Origin: Eledone cirrhosa
Taxonomy: Eukaryota
NCBI GenBank assembly: GCA_964016885.1
Contig: OZ024741.1
Span: forward strand, 371,566,001-371,630,000
Direction of reading: 5' to 3'
Length of the DNA: 64,000 nt
Positions 1-14,594 of this stretch are shown here, in pieces. A program made the position numbers and the translations under genes. The notes below the pieces were generated by a model. That model did no database searches. It saw nothing but the letters and a program-made list of their open reading frames with translations, and was not told the origin of the DNA. How positions within the stretch are numbered: position 1 is the stretch's first letter; the number at the start of each line of letters is the position of its first letter.

Positions 1-3000
1 CCAACACCACCACCACCAACAACACCAACACTACCACCACCACCATCACCACCATAAACACCAACACTACCACCACCACCACCACCACCAACACTACCAC
101 CAACAACAACACCAACACCACCACCACCAACAACACCAACACTATCACCACCACCAACAACACCAACACTACCACCACCACCATCACCACCATAAACACC
201 AACACTACCACCACCACCACCACCACCAACACTACCACCAACAACAACACCAACACCACCACCACCAACAACACCAACACTACCACAAAAACAACACCAA
301 CAACACCACCACCACCATCAACACCAACAACACCAACAACACCAACACCACCACCAACAACAACACCAACACTACCACCACCACCAACAACACCAACACT
401 ACCACCAACACCACCAACACTACCACCACCAACAACACCAACACTACCACCACCACCATCACCACCATCAACACCAACACTACCACCAACAACAACACCA
501 ACACCACCAACAACACCAACACTACCACCAACAACAACACCAACACCACCAACAACACCAACACTACCACCACCAACACCAACACTACCACCAACAACAC
601 CAACACTACCACCACCAACAACACCAACACTGCCACCACTACCATCAACACCAACACTACCACCAACAACAACACCAACACTACCACTACCACCAACAAC
701 ACCAACACTACCACCACCACCAACAACACCAACACTACCACCAACACCACCAACACTACCACCACCAACAACACCAACACTACCACCACCACCAACAACA
801 CCAACACTACCACCACCAACAACACCAACACTGCCACCACCACCATCAACACCACCACCACCACCACCATCAACACCAACACTACCACCAACAACAACAC
901 CAACACTACCACTACCACCAACAACACCAACACTACCACCACCACCAACAACACCAACACTACCACCAACACCACCAACACTACCACCACCATCAACACC
1001 AACACTACCGCCACCACCAACAACACTAACACTACCACCAACAACAACACCAACACCACCAACAACACCAACACTACCACCACCAACACCAACACTACCA
1101 CGAACAACACCAACACTACCACCACCAACAACACCAACACTACCACCACCACCATCAACACCAACACTACCACCACCACCATCAACACCAACAACACCAA
1201 CACTACCACCACCACCAACAACACCAACACTACCACCACCACCAACATCACCACCATCAACACCAACAACACCAACAACACCAACACTGCCACCACCACC
1301 ATCAACACCAACACTACCACCACCACCAACAACACCAACACTACCACCAACAACAACACCAACACCACCACCGACACTACCACCACCACCAACAACACCA
1401 ACACTACCACCACCAACAACACCAACACTGCCACCACCACCATCAACACCAACACTACCACCACCACCAACACCAACACTGCCACCACCACCATCAACAC
1501 CAACACTACCACCACCACCATCACCACCATAAACACCAACACTACCACCACCACCAACACCACCACCACCACCACCACCACCACCAACACTACCACCACC
1601 ACCAACAACACCAACACTACCACCACCATCAACAACACCAACAACACCACCACCACCATCAACACCAACAACACCAACAACACCAACACCACCACCAACA
1701 ACAACACCAACACTACCACCAACAACAACACCAACACCACCACCACCAACAACACCAACACTATCACCACCACCAACAACACCAACACTACCACCACCAC
1801 CATCACCACCATAAACACCAACACTACCACCACCACCACCACCACCAACACTACCACCAACAACAACACCAACACCACCAACAACACCAACACTACCACC
1901 ATCAACACCAACACTACTACCACCAACAACACCAACAGTACCACCACCAACAACACCAACACTGCCACCACCACCATCAACACCAACACTACCACCAACA
2001 ACAACACCAACACTACCACTACCACCAACAACACCAACACTACCACCACCACCAACAACACCAACACTACCACCAACACCACCAACACTACCACCACCAT
2101 CAACACCAACACTACCACCACCACCAACAACACCAACACTACCACCATCAACAACACCAACACTGCCACCACCACCATCAACACCAACACTACCACCAAC
2201 AACAACACCAACACTACCACTACCACCAACAACACCAACACTACCACCACCACCAACAACACCAACACTACCACCAACACCACCAACACTACCACCACCA
2301 TCAACACCAACACTACCACCACCACCAACAACACCAACACTACCACCAACAACAACACCAACACCACCAACAACACCAACACTACCACCACCAACACCAA
2401 CACTACCACGAACAACACCAACACTACCACCACCAACAACACCAACACTACCACCACCACCATCAACACCAACACTACCACCACCACCAACAACACCAAC
2501 ACTACCACCAACACCACCAACACTACCACCACCAACAACACCAACACTACCACCACCACCATCACCACCATCAACACCAACACTACCACCACCAACACCA
2601 ACACTACCACGAACAACACCAACACTACCACCACCAACAACACCAACACTACCACCACCACCATCAACACCAACACTACCACCACCACCATCAACACCAA
2701 CAACACCAACACTACCACCACCACCAACAACACCAACACTACCACCACCACCAACATCACCACCATCAACACCAACAACACCAACAACACCAACACTGCC
2801 ACCACCACCATCAACACCAACACTACCACCACCACCAACAACACCAACACTACCACCAACAACAACACCAACACCACCACCGACACCACCACCACCACCA
2901 ACAACACCAACACTACCACCACCAACAACACCAACACTGCCACCACCACCATCAACACCAACACTACCACCACCACCAACACCAACACTGCCACCACCAC

Positions 3001-3050
3001 CATCAACACCAACACTACCACCACCACCACCACACCACCACCAACAACAC
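1..3050. repeat. Complex (ACC/AAC/ACT/ATC)n trinucleotide satellite with higher-order duplications
   Basis: Almost only A/C triplets on +. The rare marker CCGACAC recurs at ~1371 and ~2880 in the same context. Phase shifts near 285 and 3033. The 917-aa V/L ORF is a compositional artefact. Confidence 0.85.
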
Positions 3051-3139
3051 TGGCCCTTATATTTTCTTCACCTCACCTCTCATCTCTTCATCTTTCACCC
3101 GAAAACCTCGTTAACTCTCTCGTTCTCTTTCTACCTCAG

Positions 3140-3185
<46 letters not shown>

Positions 3186-3765
3186 TCTCTCTCTCTCTCC
3201 CTCTTTCTCTCTCTCTCCCTCTCTCTCCCTGCCTCTGCCTCTGTACCCCTAACTGTCTCTCTTTCTCTCTCTCTCTCGTGTTGGTCTCATTCCTCTCTCA
3301 CTTCTCTCTTCCCTTATCCCCATTTCTTTATTATTCTCTCTCTCTCTCCCTCTCTCTCTCTCTGTCTCTATCTATCTATCTATCCCCTCTCTATCAATCT
3401 ATCTATCTCCCCCTCTTTCCTTCCCTCTCAGACTTTCTTTACCCCACATTCCCCTCTCTCCTTATCTATCTTCCTCTTTCTCTATCTACCCCCCCCCCCC
3501 ATAATATTTGCCATTAAACAGACAGTTCTAATGTAACTATTATATGTTGGTTTCAAATCCCTTGTAATGTAACACACACACACACAGTGTGTACATACAC
3601 AGTCATAAACGTATACACAACACAAATATATGCATACACACTTGTCTCATATCTTGAGTGTGTAAATGTATGTGAATGAGATCGTGCTCCTTCGTCTCCC
3701 TCTCTCGTCTCTCTCCTCCTCACTCTTTATCTCACTCTCTCACCCTCTCTCTCTCTATATATATC

Positions 3766-3876
<111 letters not shown>

Positions 3877-3916
3877 GTGTGTGTATACATATATATATAT
3901 GTATATATATATATAT

Positions 3917-4170
3917 AAACGGAAAAAATAAACGAAATTAAATTTCCCACTCTTAGTACGGCAGTTACTTAAATATAAGTATGTACACGTGCATACATAT
4001 ATGTATACAGACGTACAGTAGTATGTATATATATATATACATACATGCACACATATATATATGTACGTATGGATTCACCGAACATTTATTATAATGCTCG
4101 GTGTGTTTGTAAACAAACATCCCGTATTAAGCCGTAGTGTCTAGCAACCATCGTTGCTCGTTTAAACATA
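3917..4170. repeat. Unclassified (TA)n-flanked interspersed element, copy 1
   Basis: Begins AACGGAAAAAA..ACGAAATT..CACTCTTAGTAC and matches 25051-25220 through GGATTCACCGAACATTTA. Confidence 0.7.
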
Positions 4171-4247
4171 TATATATATATAATTAGAATTGGTGCTCTG
4201 CAAAATACACTATATATACATTCATATATATATATATAAATATATAA

Positions 4248-5087
<840 letters not shown>

Positions 5088-5091
5088 ATAT

Positions 5092-5495
5092 AGATGACCC
5101 CTTAGCCTTTATCTAGGCAGAATTCTAGGAGAAGGAAAACTCTGATATAACACCTGCAACCCTGATGGTATCCAATGATGTTGACTTGTTCTTCTTTTTG
5201 GTAAATATCATCTTGGTTAAGAGAGTGGGACTGGCTTTGTGCAGTGCCTTTGCTCACTATAAAAGCTTCACGGCACAGGCATTGCTTTATATCTGGAGAT
5301 CTCTCTGCAGTTGTCATCACATGGTACCAAGGACCCAGCACTATGTGTCAATAATTGTCACAAGTGTAGTGTTTGTACCAGAGTTTTCAAGTCGCTGGCT
5401 GGACTAAAAAGTCACACTCATTCCGCGCATCGGTAGGAGTTCTCCTACATGGATATAAAGTAGTGGCCGTACTCGAAAACGAGTTGGCAGCCACC

Positions 5496-5497
<2 letters not shown>
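5092..5497 (+). mobile_element. 5'-truncated non-autonomous RTE-derived element (607-bp family)
   Basis: Near-identical to the 3' two-thirds of 11807-12414; ends GAGTTGGCAGCCACCAT. Confidence 0.85.
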
Positions 5498-5575
<78 letters not shown>

Positions 5576-5581
<6 letters not shown>

Positions 5582-6492
5582 TGAATTCAGCGAGAATCGT
5601 ATTTCGGCGGGTAGAAATAAGCGAAACGCAACGCAATTTCGGAGTTATGCTGGCAAGCGCTCCATGGACCAAAAGAGACCAGAGCAATAAACATAGGTTA
5701 TAAAGGCCATACAACCTGAGACGGCGGTTAAGAAGCTATCAACCACCTAAGCCAAAAAAAAAAACGAGTCAAGCTAAACGGGTCAAACAAAATAAATGAA
5801 ATATTCACCTGGACACTGGAAATGATGGTATAATCCAGTACAGGGTTTCTGCGACACCTAAATCAATAACACTGTCTGCTTAAAAAATAAGCTTTTGGTA
5901 TAATGATCGAACAAGGCTATCACGTTATCAACAGGTATTTTGTTCTGCGCCAGCGTTGTAGATCACACAGTGATTTGTAGCAGTGACAGCACATGTGTAA
6001 CTCACAGGGGAGAAAACTCCAAATTTTGGCAAATGAATTCAGTATGTGTAAATCAATGCAAAAATTGCAAAAACAGCACAAATCGAATTAAGCTCTCGAC
6101 CGGGTAGTTTTTAAAATAAACTTAAGCAATTAATCAGTCAATAGAATTATCTAAAAAAATTAACTGGCTAATTGTAAGACTAATCGGGAGATTAATACAA
6201 ATATAAATTCAGCGAGAATCGTATTTCGGCGGGTAGAAATGAGCGAAACGCAACGCAATTTTTAAGCAGACAGTATTATTGATTTAGGTGTCGCAGAAAC
6301 CCTGTACTGGATTATACCATCATTTCCAGTGTCCGGGGAATATTTCATTTATTTTGTTTGACCTGTTTAGCTTGACTCGTTTTTTTGGCTTAGGTGGTTG
6401 ATAGCTTCTTAACCGCCGTCTCAGTTTGTATGGCCTTTATAACCTATGTTTATTGCTCTGGTCTCTTTTGGTCCATGGAGCGCTTGCCAGCT
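5576..6492 (-). mobile_element. ~620-bp monomer element: partial tandem plus an inverted segment
   Basis: 5576-5640 is repeated directly at ~6200-6261. 6262-6492 is an inverted copy of ~5650-5885. Homologous end-to-end to 30256-31070 on the opposite strand; abuts (TA)n. Confidence 0.75.
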
Positions 6493-6638
6493 AATTCAAA
6501 TGTCGAGCAAACCCGGGTGCTATTTTTAGTGGCGTGAGTTTGCGAGACACGCTAAGGTCTGGAACCATGTGCATTATATATACGCACAGTATCCAGTTTT
6601 TTATTATATTTAGAAGTGATCAGGATACTAATAATTCT

Positions 6639-6720
6639 TCACCCGCTGATGAGCTAGAATGTTGGTATTCCTCTTCACAATTAATATTGCGAAACAGTAT
6701 TATCAAAACTGTTCGGGTGA
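6639..6720 (+). ncRNA. Type I hammerhead ribozyme
   Basis: Stem I TCACCCG/CGGGTGA (7 bp perfect), CTGATGA 6646-6652, stem II closed by GC/GC, GAAA 6691-6694, stem III CAGT/ACTG, GUU triplet. Predicted cut after 6713. Confidence 0.85.
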
Positions 6721-6918
6721 TTGGTAGTTACCACAATTCTGGTTTGTATTTATTTTTCTTGATTTATTCTTAAATTGAGTCTAACAAACCCTATTGTCTG
6801 TAGTTAGTATTCTTTTCACCTTAGCGAATCTGGCCCATTACGATTTGAACACATATGTATATGTCTGTGTTCCTTTTTCTTTTTCGTTCAGTTATATTAT
6901 ATATATATATATATATAT

Positions 6919-7001
<83 letters not shown>

Positions 7002-7271
7002 GCTTTGTTCTTCGGTATTGTTCTTTCATTTTGGTTTTATTTTATTAATCATTCACGCATACACACAAATGTATGTATGTATATATGTATATATGTATAT
7101 ATATCTATATATGTATGTATGTATGTATGTATATATCTATATATGTTTGTATGTATGAATGTATGTATGAATGTAAGTATAAATGCATGTATGTACTGCA
7201 TGTATGCATGTATGTATGTATGTATCCATGTAAGTATGTATGTATGAATGGATATATATATGTATGTATAT

Positions 7272-9212
7272 GTTTTCTCTTTCTCTTAATTTCGAGTATA
7301 TTTTTTTGACCGGCCACCTTCCTGGTGGCAAGGTTGTAAAAGAAAAGAAATTGTCATCCCTTGAATCGCAAGAATGTTTTGCATATTTTGAAGGTGCCAG
7401 CTATCGCAGCCATTTGTAGACTATGAATTAGGGAGCTGCGCTTTTTGTCCGCAAATCCAAGTTCGGTCATACTTTGGTCCAAGCGGGTTGGTATATAATG
7501 ATGGGTATGAAGCTAAAGGTGTATCTTGGATACTGGATTTGTAAGCTCCTCATCAATGGTCCGTAGATGTCCTCCTTCTCCTGTATTTTTCTGACAACGT
7601 TTACATCAAGTGGGCAGCTGATCTCCACAACAGAACACGTTTTCAATGTGTGGTCCCAAACTACAATATCAGGCCGGTTGTGCTTTAATTTGGTGGCAGT
7701 TTTTATTTTCAGGTTCCACCAGTATTCCTTAGTGCCATCTGTCTCAATATATTCTTCCTCGTTTGTTGTTAATTTTGTTTTCCGAAGTGCGTTCCAGATA
7801 GTTCTAGCTATCCCATCGTGTCTCATGGGGAGGTAGTAGCGAGATGACATTCTTTCGCAGCTGGCAACAATGTGGCTTACATCCTCGATCTTTGTTTTAC
7901 ATAGCCTACATTTATTGTCAGCTGCTGGCCCTCCTCTTTTGTGCAGCAGATATTTGGTAGGGAGTTCTTGTTCCTGTATTGCATAGAGATATCCCTCAAG
8001 GTGTGATGTCATAAACTTGTCGGAACTCCATGCCAGGCTTTTTGAGTGGTTTATCCACTCTATGGTCTGTGTTTTACGCCTCAAGTATCCATGCACAACT
8101 TTCTCTGTAAATTGGTCAATTTTTTTTTCTTGTTTGAACATTGAATAGGATCTTCCGATTTCTCTGGGTGAGAGATTTATATCAGGCTTTATTCCATATC
8201 TCTCCTCCAGATCAGTCGCTATTCTAATGATATTTCTTTTTTCATGCTCATAAACCTGAGCAAGATGGTCGCCAACCTTTTTCCTCTGTTGAAGGTGTTG
8301 CTTCAGTGTTACTATCCGGGTCTCATATGTTGTTAATATTGATTTTAGACCCCGGCCACCTTCCTTGCGTGAGAAGTATAGCCTATCCACATCACCATTG
8401 ATGTTAAAGTTCCCAGTAACACTGAGAAGTTTTCGAGTTCTAACATCCATCTCACTTAGTTCTTGCAATGACCAGTTCAGTAGGCCAAATGTTGGCGTTA
8501 GAATTGGCACAGCATAGGTATTGTGGGCAATGTATTTGTTGTATGCTGACAGTTCTGATGACCATATTTTTTTTACTCTTCTGAGGTATTCAGTTCTGGT
8601 TCTCTCCTTATTTATGGGTCCATCATATCTGACATTCTCATCCTGTCCAAGATATCTGTAGTTGTCACCTGACTGCAGAGGTTGTATTGTCAGGCCGTTC
8701 ATATCTAGATTTCTAGAGGAGGGCACAGCTCTTCCACGTTTTACTGCCAAATATGCACACTTGGACTCACCAAATTTCATTTTGATGTCGGTTGAAAATT
8801 GTGTAATGAGGTCCAATTGTTTCTTGATGTCATTGATATTTGGCCCATACAACTTCAGGTCATCAACAAAGAAAAGATGGGAGATACTTCTGGGCCCACT
8901 TCTTTGTCCACCTTGTTTCCTGAGTAGGTAAGATAGTGGATTCAGTGAGAGAACGAAGAGTAGTACTGACAAGCTATCACCCTGAAAGATGCCCTTCTGG
9001 TAATGTATCCTATCAGTCTTAATCTGCTCCTTCTCACCTCTAAGGATCAAATTGGTGTACCAGTTCTTGGTCAGGCGTTCAACAGCAGCTACTAATGGTT
9101 GTGGGACTTTAGCTAACTGTAAAGCCTTAATAATCCACCCATGAGGTACACTATCAAATGCTTTTTGATAGTCCAGCCACGCGACAGTCATGTTTCTGCG
9201 ATTCTTTGTTGT
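7272..9212 (-). mobile_element. R4/Dong-like RLE non-LTR retrotransposon, 5'-truncated, in (TACA)n
   Basis: ORF 7467-9191 has RT motifs (DYQKAFDSV, QGDSLS, FVDD), CCHC (CRLC..H..C), RHD and RPDIVVWD..VEISCP. A ~16-bp deletion near 7495 relative to the 50905 copy shifts the frame. Flanks are (ATGT)n. Confidence 0.9.
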
Positions 9213-9261
9213 ACATGTATGTATATATGTATGTAAGTATCAATGTATGTATGTACTGTAT

Positions 9262-9294
9262 GTTTCTCTTTCTCTTAATTTCGAGTACATTTTT
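9262..9294 (-). mobile_element. 3'-terminal stub of the same R4/Dong-like family
   Basis: TTTCTCTTTCTCTTAATTTCGAGTA matches 7274-7298 and the reverse complement of ~53686-53710; lies within (ATGT)n. Confidence 0.7.
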
Positions 9295-9325
9295 GTGCTT
9301 ATGTATCCATATATCCATGTATGTC

Positions 9326-9357
<32 letters not shown>

Positions 9358-9384
9358 TGTATATATGTATGTATGTATGTATGT

Positions 9385-11289
9385 GTCTCTCACCTACAAT
9401 ATGGTGGTGAGAGACTCCTGCAACATCTTCACTCTCTGTTTGGAAGGATATGGGCTAATGAATCCGTGCCTGAGGACTGGAGAGATGCAGTAATGGTGGT
9501 CTTGTACAAGGGAAAGGGTAACAGGAATGATTGTGGGAACTACAGAGGTATATCATTGCTTTCTGTCGTGGGGAAAGTTTTATGTAGGGTGCTTCTGGAC
9601 CGTCTGCTGACACACATTGCAGATTGTGTCCTTCCTGAAAGTCAATCTGGTTTTCGTGTTGGACGCGGCACTACTGATATGATCTTCTCAGCTAGACAGC
9701 TCCAGGAGAAGTGCATTGAACAGGGCTTGGATCTGTATCAGGTTTTTGTCGATCTGACAAAGGCTTTCGATACTGTCAACAGAGATGCATTATGGAAGGT
9801 TCTCCAGAAACTTGGTTGCCCTGATAAGTTCCTTGCTTTAGTTAGGTCTTTCCATGACGACATGAAGGCTTGGGTTAATGTCGGAGGTAACATGTCGGAG
9901 CCTATCTCAGTAAAAAATGGAGTGAAACAGGGGGATATTCCAGCACCGACCCTGTTTGCCATATACTTTGCAATGGTTTTCTGTGTTGCATTCAGGAATT
10001 GCGAGCATGGTGTTTACATCCGATATCGAACCTCAGGCAGCATATTTAACATCAGGCGCTTTGCTGCGAAGACAAAAGTATTTACATCAGTCATAAGAGA
10101 CCTCTTGTATGCAGATGATTGCGATCTTGTAGCGCACACAGAGAGTGATATGCAGCACATTTTGAATGTATTTTCTGACGCTTGCACTGCCCTGGGTTTG
10201 ACTGTCAGTCTCAAGAAAACCGTCGTCATGTACCAACCTGCACCTGGTAGGCAGTACACTGAACCAAACATCTATGTGTATGGCAAACGACTTGGAGTGG
10301 TTGATCAGTTTGTCTACCTGGGAAGCACTGTCAATCGATACGGCAACCTTGACGGTGAAATCTCACTTAGGATTAGGAAAGCAAGTGATGCTTTCGGAAA
10401 GCTAGAAAGGCGACTCTGGGGTCGGCGAGACATATGCAGGAGGACAAAGGTAAGGGTGTACAGGGCATGTGTACTCTCTTGTCTTCTTTATGCCTGCGAG
10501 ACCTGGGTCACATATCGACGCCACCTTAAGCAATTGGAGCGTTTCCATCAGATGTGTCTCAGATGGATACATGGCGTTCACTGGAGGGACCACATCAGTG
10601 ATGTCGAGATTTTGGAAAGCTCTATGTGTGACAGTATAGAAGCTCTTGTGCTTAAGCAGCGACTCCGTTGGAGTGGTCACCTTGCCAGGATGAAGGATTC
10701 TAGAATACCAAAACAACTCTTCTATGGAGAGTTGGTTAAAGGAAAACGACCGCCACATAAACCAAAAAAGAGGTATAAGGATTCCTTGAAGGCCTCTCTG
10801 AGAGACGCTAACATCTCTGCTGATACATGGGAAAATGTTGCTGCTGATCGTAATAAATGGAGAAAGACTGTATATGAGGGAAAAGTTGCCTTTGAGGCAT
10901 CTCGAATCGCACACGAGAAAGTAAAGCGGGACGTGAGGAAGGGTATTGCTGTTGCACTTCCAGACGGCGAGGGTCCTCCTATGTTTCTGGCATGCAGCGT
11001 CTGTGCGAGACTCTGCCTAAGCAAAGCTGGACTCGAAAGTCATCTTCGCAGTCATAAAGTAAGACCAGTGGTTGACTACCAGGCTGCTGTTGGAGATGCT
11101 ACTCATCATGCTTGCCAAACATGTGGTAGAGAATGTAAATCAGCAGGAGGACTCAAGCGACATGCAAAAGTACACGAACTCCAACCACAGCCGACTATTC
11201 CCAGTAAATGTTTTGGTTGCCGACTCTGTGCAAGACATTTTGGATCATTGGCTGGGCTAAAAAGCCACATTCGATCGCAGCACTGTTAG
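9385..11289 (+). CDS. RTE-clade LINE reverse transcriptase (5'-truncated) with three C-terminal C2H2 zinc fingers
   Basis: NYRGISLLS, ESQSGFR, DLTKAFDTV, GVKQG, LYADD, RLRWSGHLARM..RIPKQLFYGEL. Three CxxC..H..H fingers. The first ~65 aa of the tracked ORF are microsatellite. Confidence 0.92.
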   Translation, partial: VSHLQYGGERLLQHLHSLFGRIWANESVPEDWRDAVMVVLYKGKGNRNDCGNYRGISLLSVVGKVLCRVLLDRLLTHIADCVLPESQSGFRVGRGTTDMIFSARQLQEKCIEQGLDLYQVFVDLTKAFDTVNRDALWKVLQKLGCPDKFLALVRSFHDDMKAWVNVGGNMSEPISVKNGVKQGDIPAPTLFAIYFAMVFCVAFRNCEHGVYIRYRTSGSIFNIRRFAAKTKVFTSVIRDLLYADDCDLVAHTESDMQHILNVFSDACTALGLTVSLKKTVVMYQPAPGRQYTEPNIYVYGKRLGVVDQFVYLGSTVNRYGNLDGEISLRIRKASDAFGKLERRLWGRRDICRRTKVRVYRACVLSCLLYACETWVTYRRHLKQLERFHQMCLRWIHGVHWRDHISDVEILESSMCDSIEALVLKQRLRWSGHLARMKDSRIPKQLFYGELVKGKRPPHKPKKRYKDSLKASLRDANISADTWENVAADRNKWRKTVYEGKVAFEASRIAHEKVKRDVRKGIAVALPDGEGPPMFLACSVCARLCLSKAGLESHLRSHKVRPVVDYQAAVGDATHHACQTCGRECKSAGGLKRHAKVHELQPQPTIPSKCFGCRLCARHFGSLAGLKSHIRSQHC

Positions 11290-11297
11290 TTGCTATC

Positions 11298-11341
<44 letters not shown>

Positions 11342-11420
11342 GCTTATGTGCGTGCGTGTGTGTGTATATATATATGAATATGTATATTATTATTGTTGTT
11401 GTCGTTATTATTATTATTGC

Positions 11421-11463
<43 letters not shown>

Positions 11464-11583
11464 GTTATTAATGTATGTGTGTATATATGTGTGAGTGTAT
11501 GTGTATGTATGTGTGTGTGTATATATGTATGTATGTGTATGTATGTGTGTATATATATGTGTATATATATGTATATGTATATA

Positions 11584-11699
<116 letters not shown>

Positions 11700-11726
11700 T
11701 TTTTTTTTTTTTTTTTTTTTTTTTTA

Positions 11727-11768
11727 TTGTGCAATGGCCATACTCGATAACGAGGGGGCAGCCATCAT
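11727..11768 (+). mobile_element. 3' terminal stem-loop and tail of the RTE element
   Basis: ATGGCCATACTCGATAACGAGGGGGCAGCCATCAT(GTAT)n downstream of the RTE stop, separated from it by expanded microsatellites; matches the tail of the 607-bp family. Confidence 0.7.
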
Positions 11769-11806
11769 GTATGTATGTGTGTATGTATGTATGTATGTAT
11801 GTATGT

Positions 11807-12414
11807 CAGGTCACCAGTTGGTGCTACTGGTAACATGTATCCCAGTACAACCTGTCTCATGGTCGGGTCGTTGGCGACTAAACTGGCAACCCCACCAAGG
11901 TTTCTTGGCGAGGAGGGTGACTTTGGACATCCTGCAGGACTAAAAACAAAACCTGTCAAAGGGCAAAGGAGCTCTTAAGAGTCAATGGCCATCCAAAATC
12001 ACCGGGAGAGATGACCCCTTAGCCTTTGTCAAGGCAGAATTCTAGGAGAAGGAAAACTCTGATATAACACCTGCAACTCTGATGGTATCCAATGATGTTG
12101 ACTTGTTCTTCTTTTTGGTAAATATCATCTTGGTTAAGAGAGTGGGACTGGCTTTGTGCAGTGCCTTTGCTCACTATAAAAGCTTCACGGCACAGGCATT
12201 GCTTTATATCTGGAGATCTCTCTGCGCTTGTCGTTACATGGTACCATGGGCCCAGCACTGTGTGTCAATAATTGTCACAAGTGTAGTGTTTGTACCAGAG
12301 TTTTCAAGTCGCTGGCTGGACTAAAAAGTCACACTCGTTCAGCGCATCGGTAGGGGTTCTCCTACATGGATATAAAGTAGTGGCCGTACTCGAAAACGAG
12401 TTGGCAGCCACCAT
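11807..12414 (+). mobile_element. Full-length ~607-bp non-autonomous bipartite RTE-derived element
   Basis: Contains the RTE 5'UTR-type motif CTAGGAGAAGGAAAACTCTGA and an RTE-like 3' end followed by (GTAT)n; multiple near-identical copies in the window. Confidence 0.85.
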
Positions 12415-12991
12415 GTATGTTAGTATACATGTTTGCATGTATGTATGTATGTATATATGTATATATGTATGTATGTATACATGTATGCATGTATGTATAT
12501 ACGTATGAATGTATGTATGTATGTATACATGTATGTGTACATGAATGTATTTATACATGTATATATGTATATATGCATGCGTATGTATTCATGCATGTAT
12601 GATTACATACATGCATGAATACGCATGCATTAATGCATGTATGTATTTATTGATGTATGTATGTATGTATGTATGTATGTATGTATGTATGTATGTATGT
12701 ATTTATGTATGTATGTATGTATTTATGTATGTATGTATGTATGTGTTTTCTGCATATACTCAGAATTTCTATTAGAATAACTCACATACATCTATTTCTC
12801 TGAATAACTCATGTCTATTTATCTATACTGCTCTCTATGTGTCGGTTACTTTACACACGCACACATACATACACATACACACACGCACACATACACATAC
12901 ACACACGCACACATACACACACTTACACATACACACACGCACACATACATACACATACACACACACACACACACGCACACATACACACACA

Positions 12992-13022
<31 letters not shown>

Positions 13023-13329
13023 ACACACATACACACACACTCTCTCTCTCTCTCCCACACACACACTCTCTCTCTCACACTCCGTCTCTCACCCCCCCCC
13101 CCACACACACACATTCACGCACAAACATTGACGCATGCACACACAAACAGACACAAATGCACGCGCACAACACACACAAAAAGGAACTTACGTATATGCA
13201 ACTCAACACGCACACAATTACACATGTACATACAGATAGAAACCCACATACACACTTACACATATATGTGTGTGTAAGTGTACAGAAGTGGAGGGGAACC
13301 TTTATGTCAGATCTGACCTCTGGCGACGT

Positions 13330-13333
13330 TATG

Positions 13334-13404
<71 letters not shown>

Positions 13405-13437
13405 CTACCGCTACTGCTGTTGCTGCTGCCGTTGCTT

Positions 13438-13470
<33 letters not shown>

Positions 13471-13532
13471 TTACTACTACTAGTAGTAATAGTAGATGTT
13501 GTTGTGAATGTGGTAGTAGTAGTAGTAGTAGT

Positions 13533-13603
<71 letters not shown>

Positions 13604-13648
13604 CAGCAGCAGCAGTAGTAGTAGGTAGTAGTAGTAGTAGTAGTAGTA
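13330..13648. repeat. Compound trinucleotide microsatellite (CTA/CTG/ATG then GTA/GCA)
   Basis: Direct inspection. The (CTA)n/(CTG)n and (TAG)n/(CAG)n halves are mutually complementary. Confidence 0.9.
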
Positions 13649-14104
13649 CAATAAATTCCTCAAAACTTCCATGACACAATAGAGAAGTTGTATCCCGTTG
13701 TCTTCCTCTGATGACTTTATATCAATGGCGTCTTTTCCTAGTCTACTTGATGACCAATATTATAGACAGTTGTCTGCCTCTGTTATTAGCTGCTCGGTTT
13801 AATCTGTCGGGTCAAACTCCTTTCGATGTTTGACCTGCTTGGAAAAGTTAGAAAGAAAATTACCCTCAAACCAATCCCTTTCGTATTGAGCCGTTCATTA
13901 CCAAATTTCTAACGAAAGACAAACACTGCCTATGATTTTCAAATATATTTTTAGATATTCAAGTATTTGGAGGGATTTAGTAATATAACCTTCTCGTTAT
14001 TAAGCTAGTGGAGGGCGGTGGATTGACAGTATCGGTAGAGGGTCTGACGCCATGCTTTGCAGCATAGAGTTACGGTTCTATGACCGACCTGAGTTCAACT
14101 TTTT

Positions 14105-14594
14105 GATGCCCTGGGGCATGCATTAGGTGAAAAACTGCGTTTTTTTTTCAGCTTTTTAGGGGTTTTTCGAGGCGTTACCTCAGACCGTGTTCCTTGAAAT
14201 TGTAACTATGTATTAGTCAGTCTCTTCTTCATACCGTGAGCAAAGAAAATCCAACTTTTTTATGGCCTAGGGCCCGCATTAGGTGAAAAACTTCATTTTT
14301 TCAGCTTTTTAGGGCCTTTTTGAGGCGTTACGTCTAACCGATTTTCCCGAAATTTCAAGGCATATTATGCACATAAAAAAAATTCATTTCCTTGATCCCC
14401 TAGGGCCCGCATTAGGTGAAAACCTGCATTTTTCCTGCTTCATCGAGGAAAATCTTAAAGATTATCCAGCCATCAGAGTATTCGGTTTATTTTCTTTACA
14501 TATTGTTCAGGCATGCAGTTTTTCAACGATTAGGTCTGTTGACGACCCGCGTTCCAAAATACCTTATCCCGTGCAACGCCGGGTACCACTGCTA
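14105..14594 (+). mobile_element. Non-autonomous Helitron-like 3' portion with internal repeats
   Basis: Three repeats of GCATTAGGTGAAAA. Ends in hairpin CCCGTGCAACGCCGGG followed by CTAG|T. Confidence 0.65.

Noticed and set aside
280-3033. 917-aa Val/Leu ORF on the - strand
   Set aside because: It is the reverse complement of an A/C triplet satellite, which lacks stops by composition.
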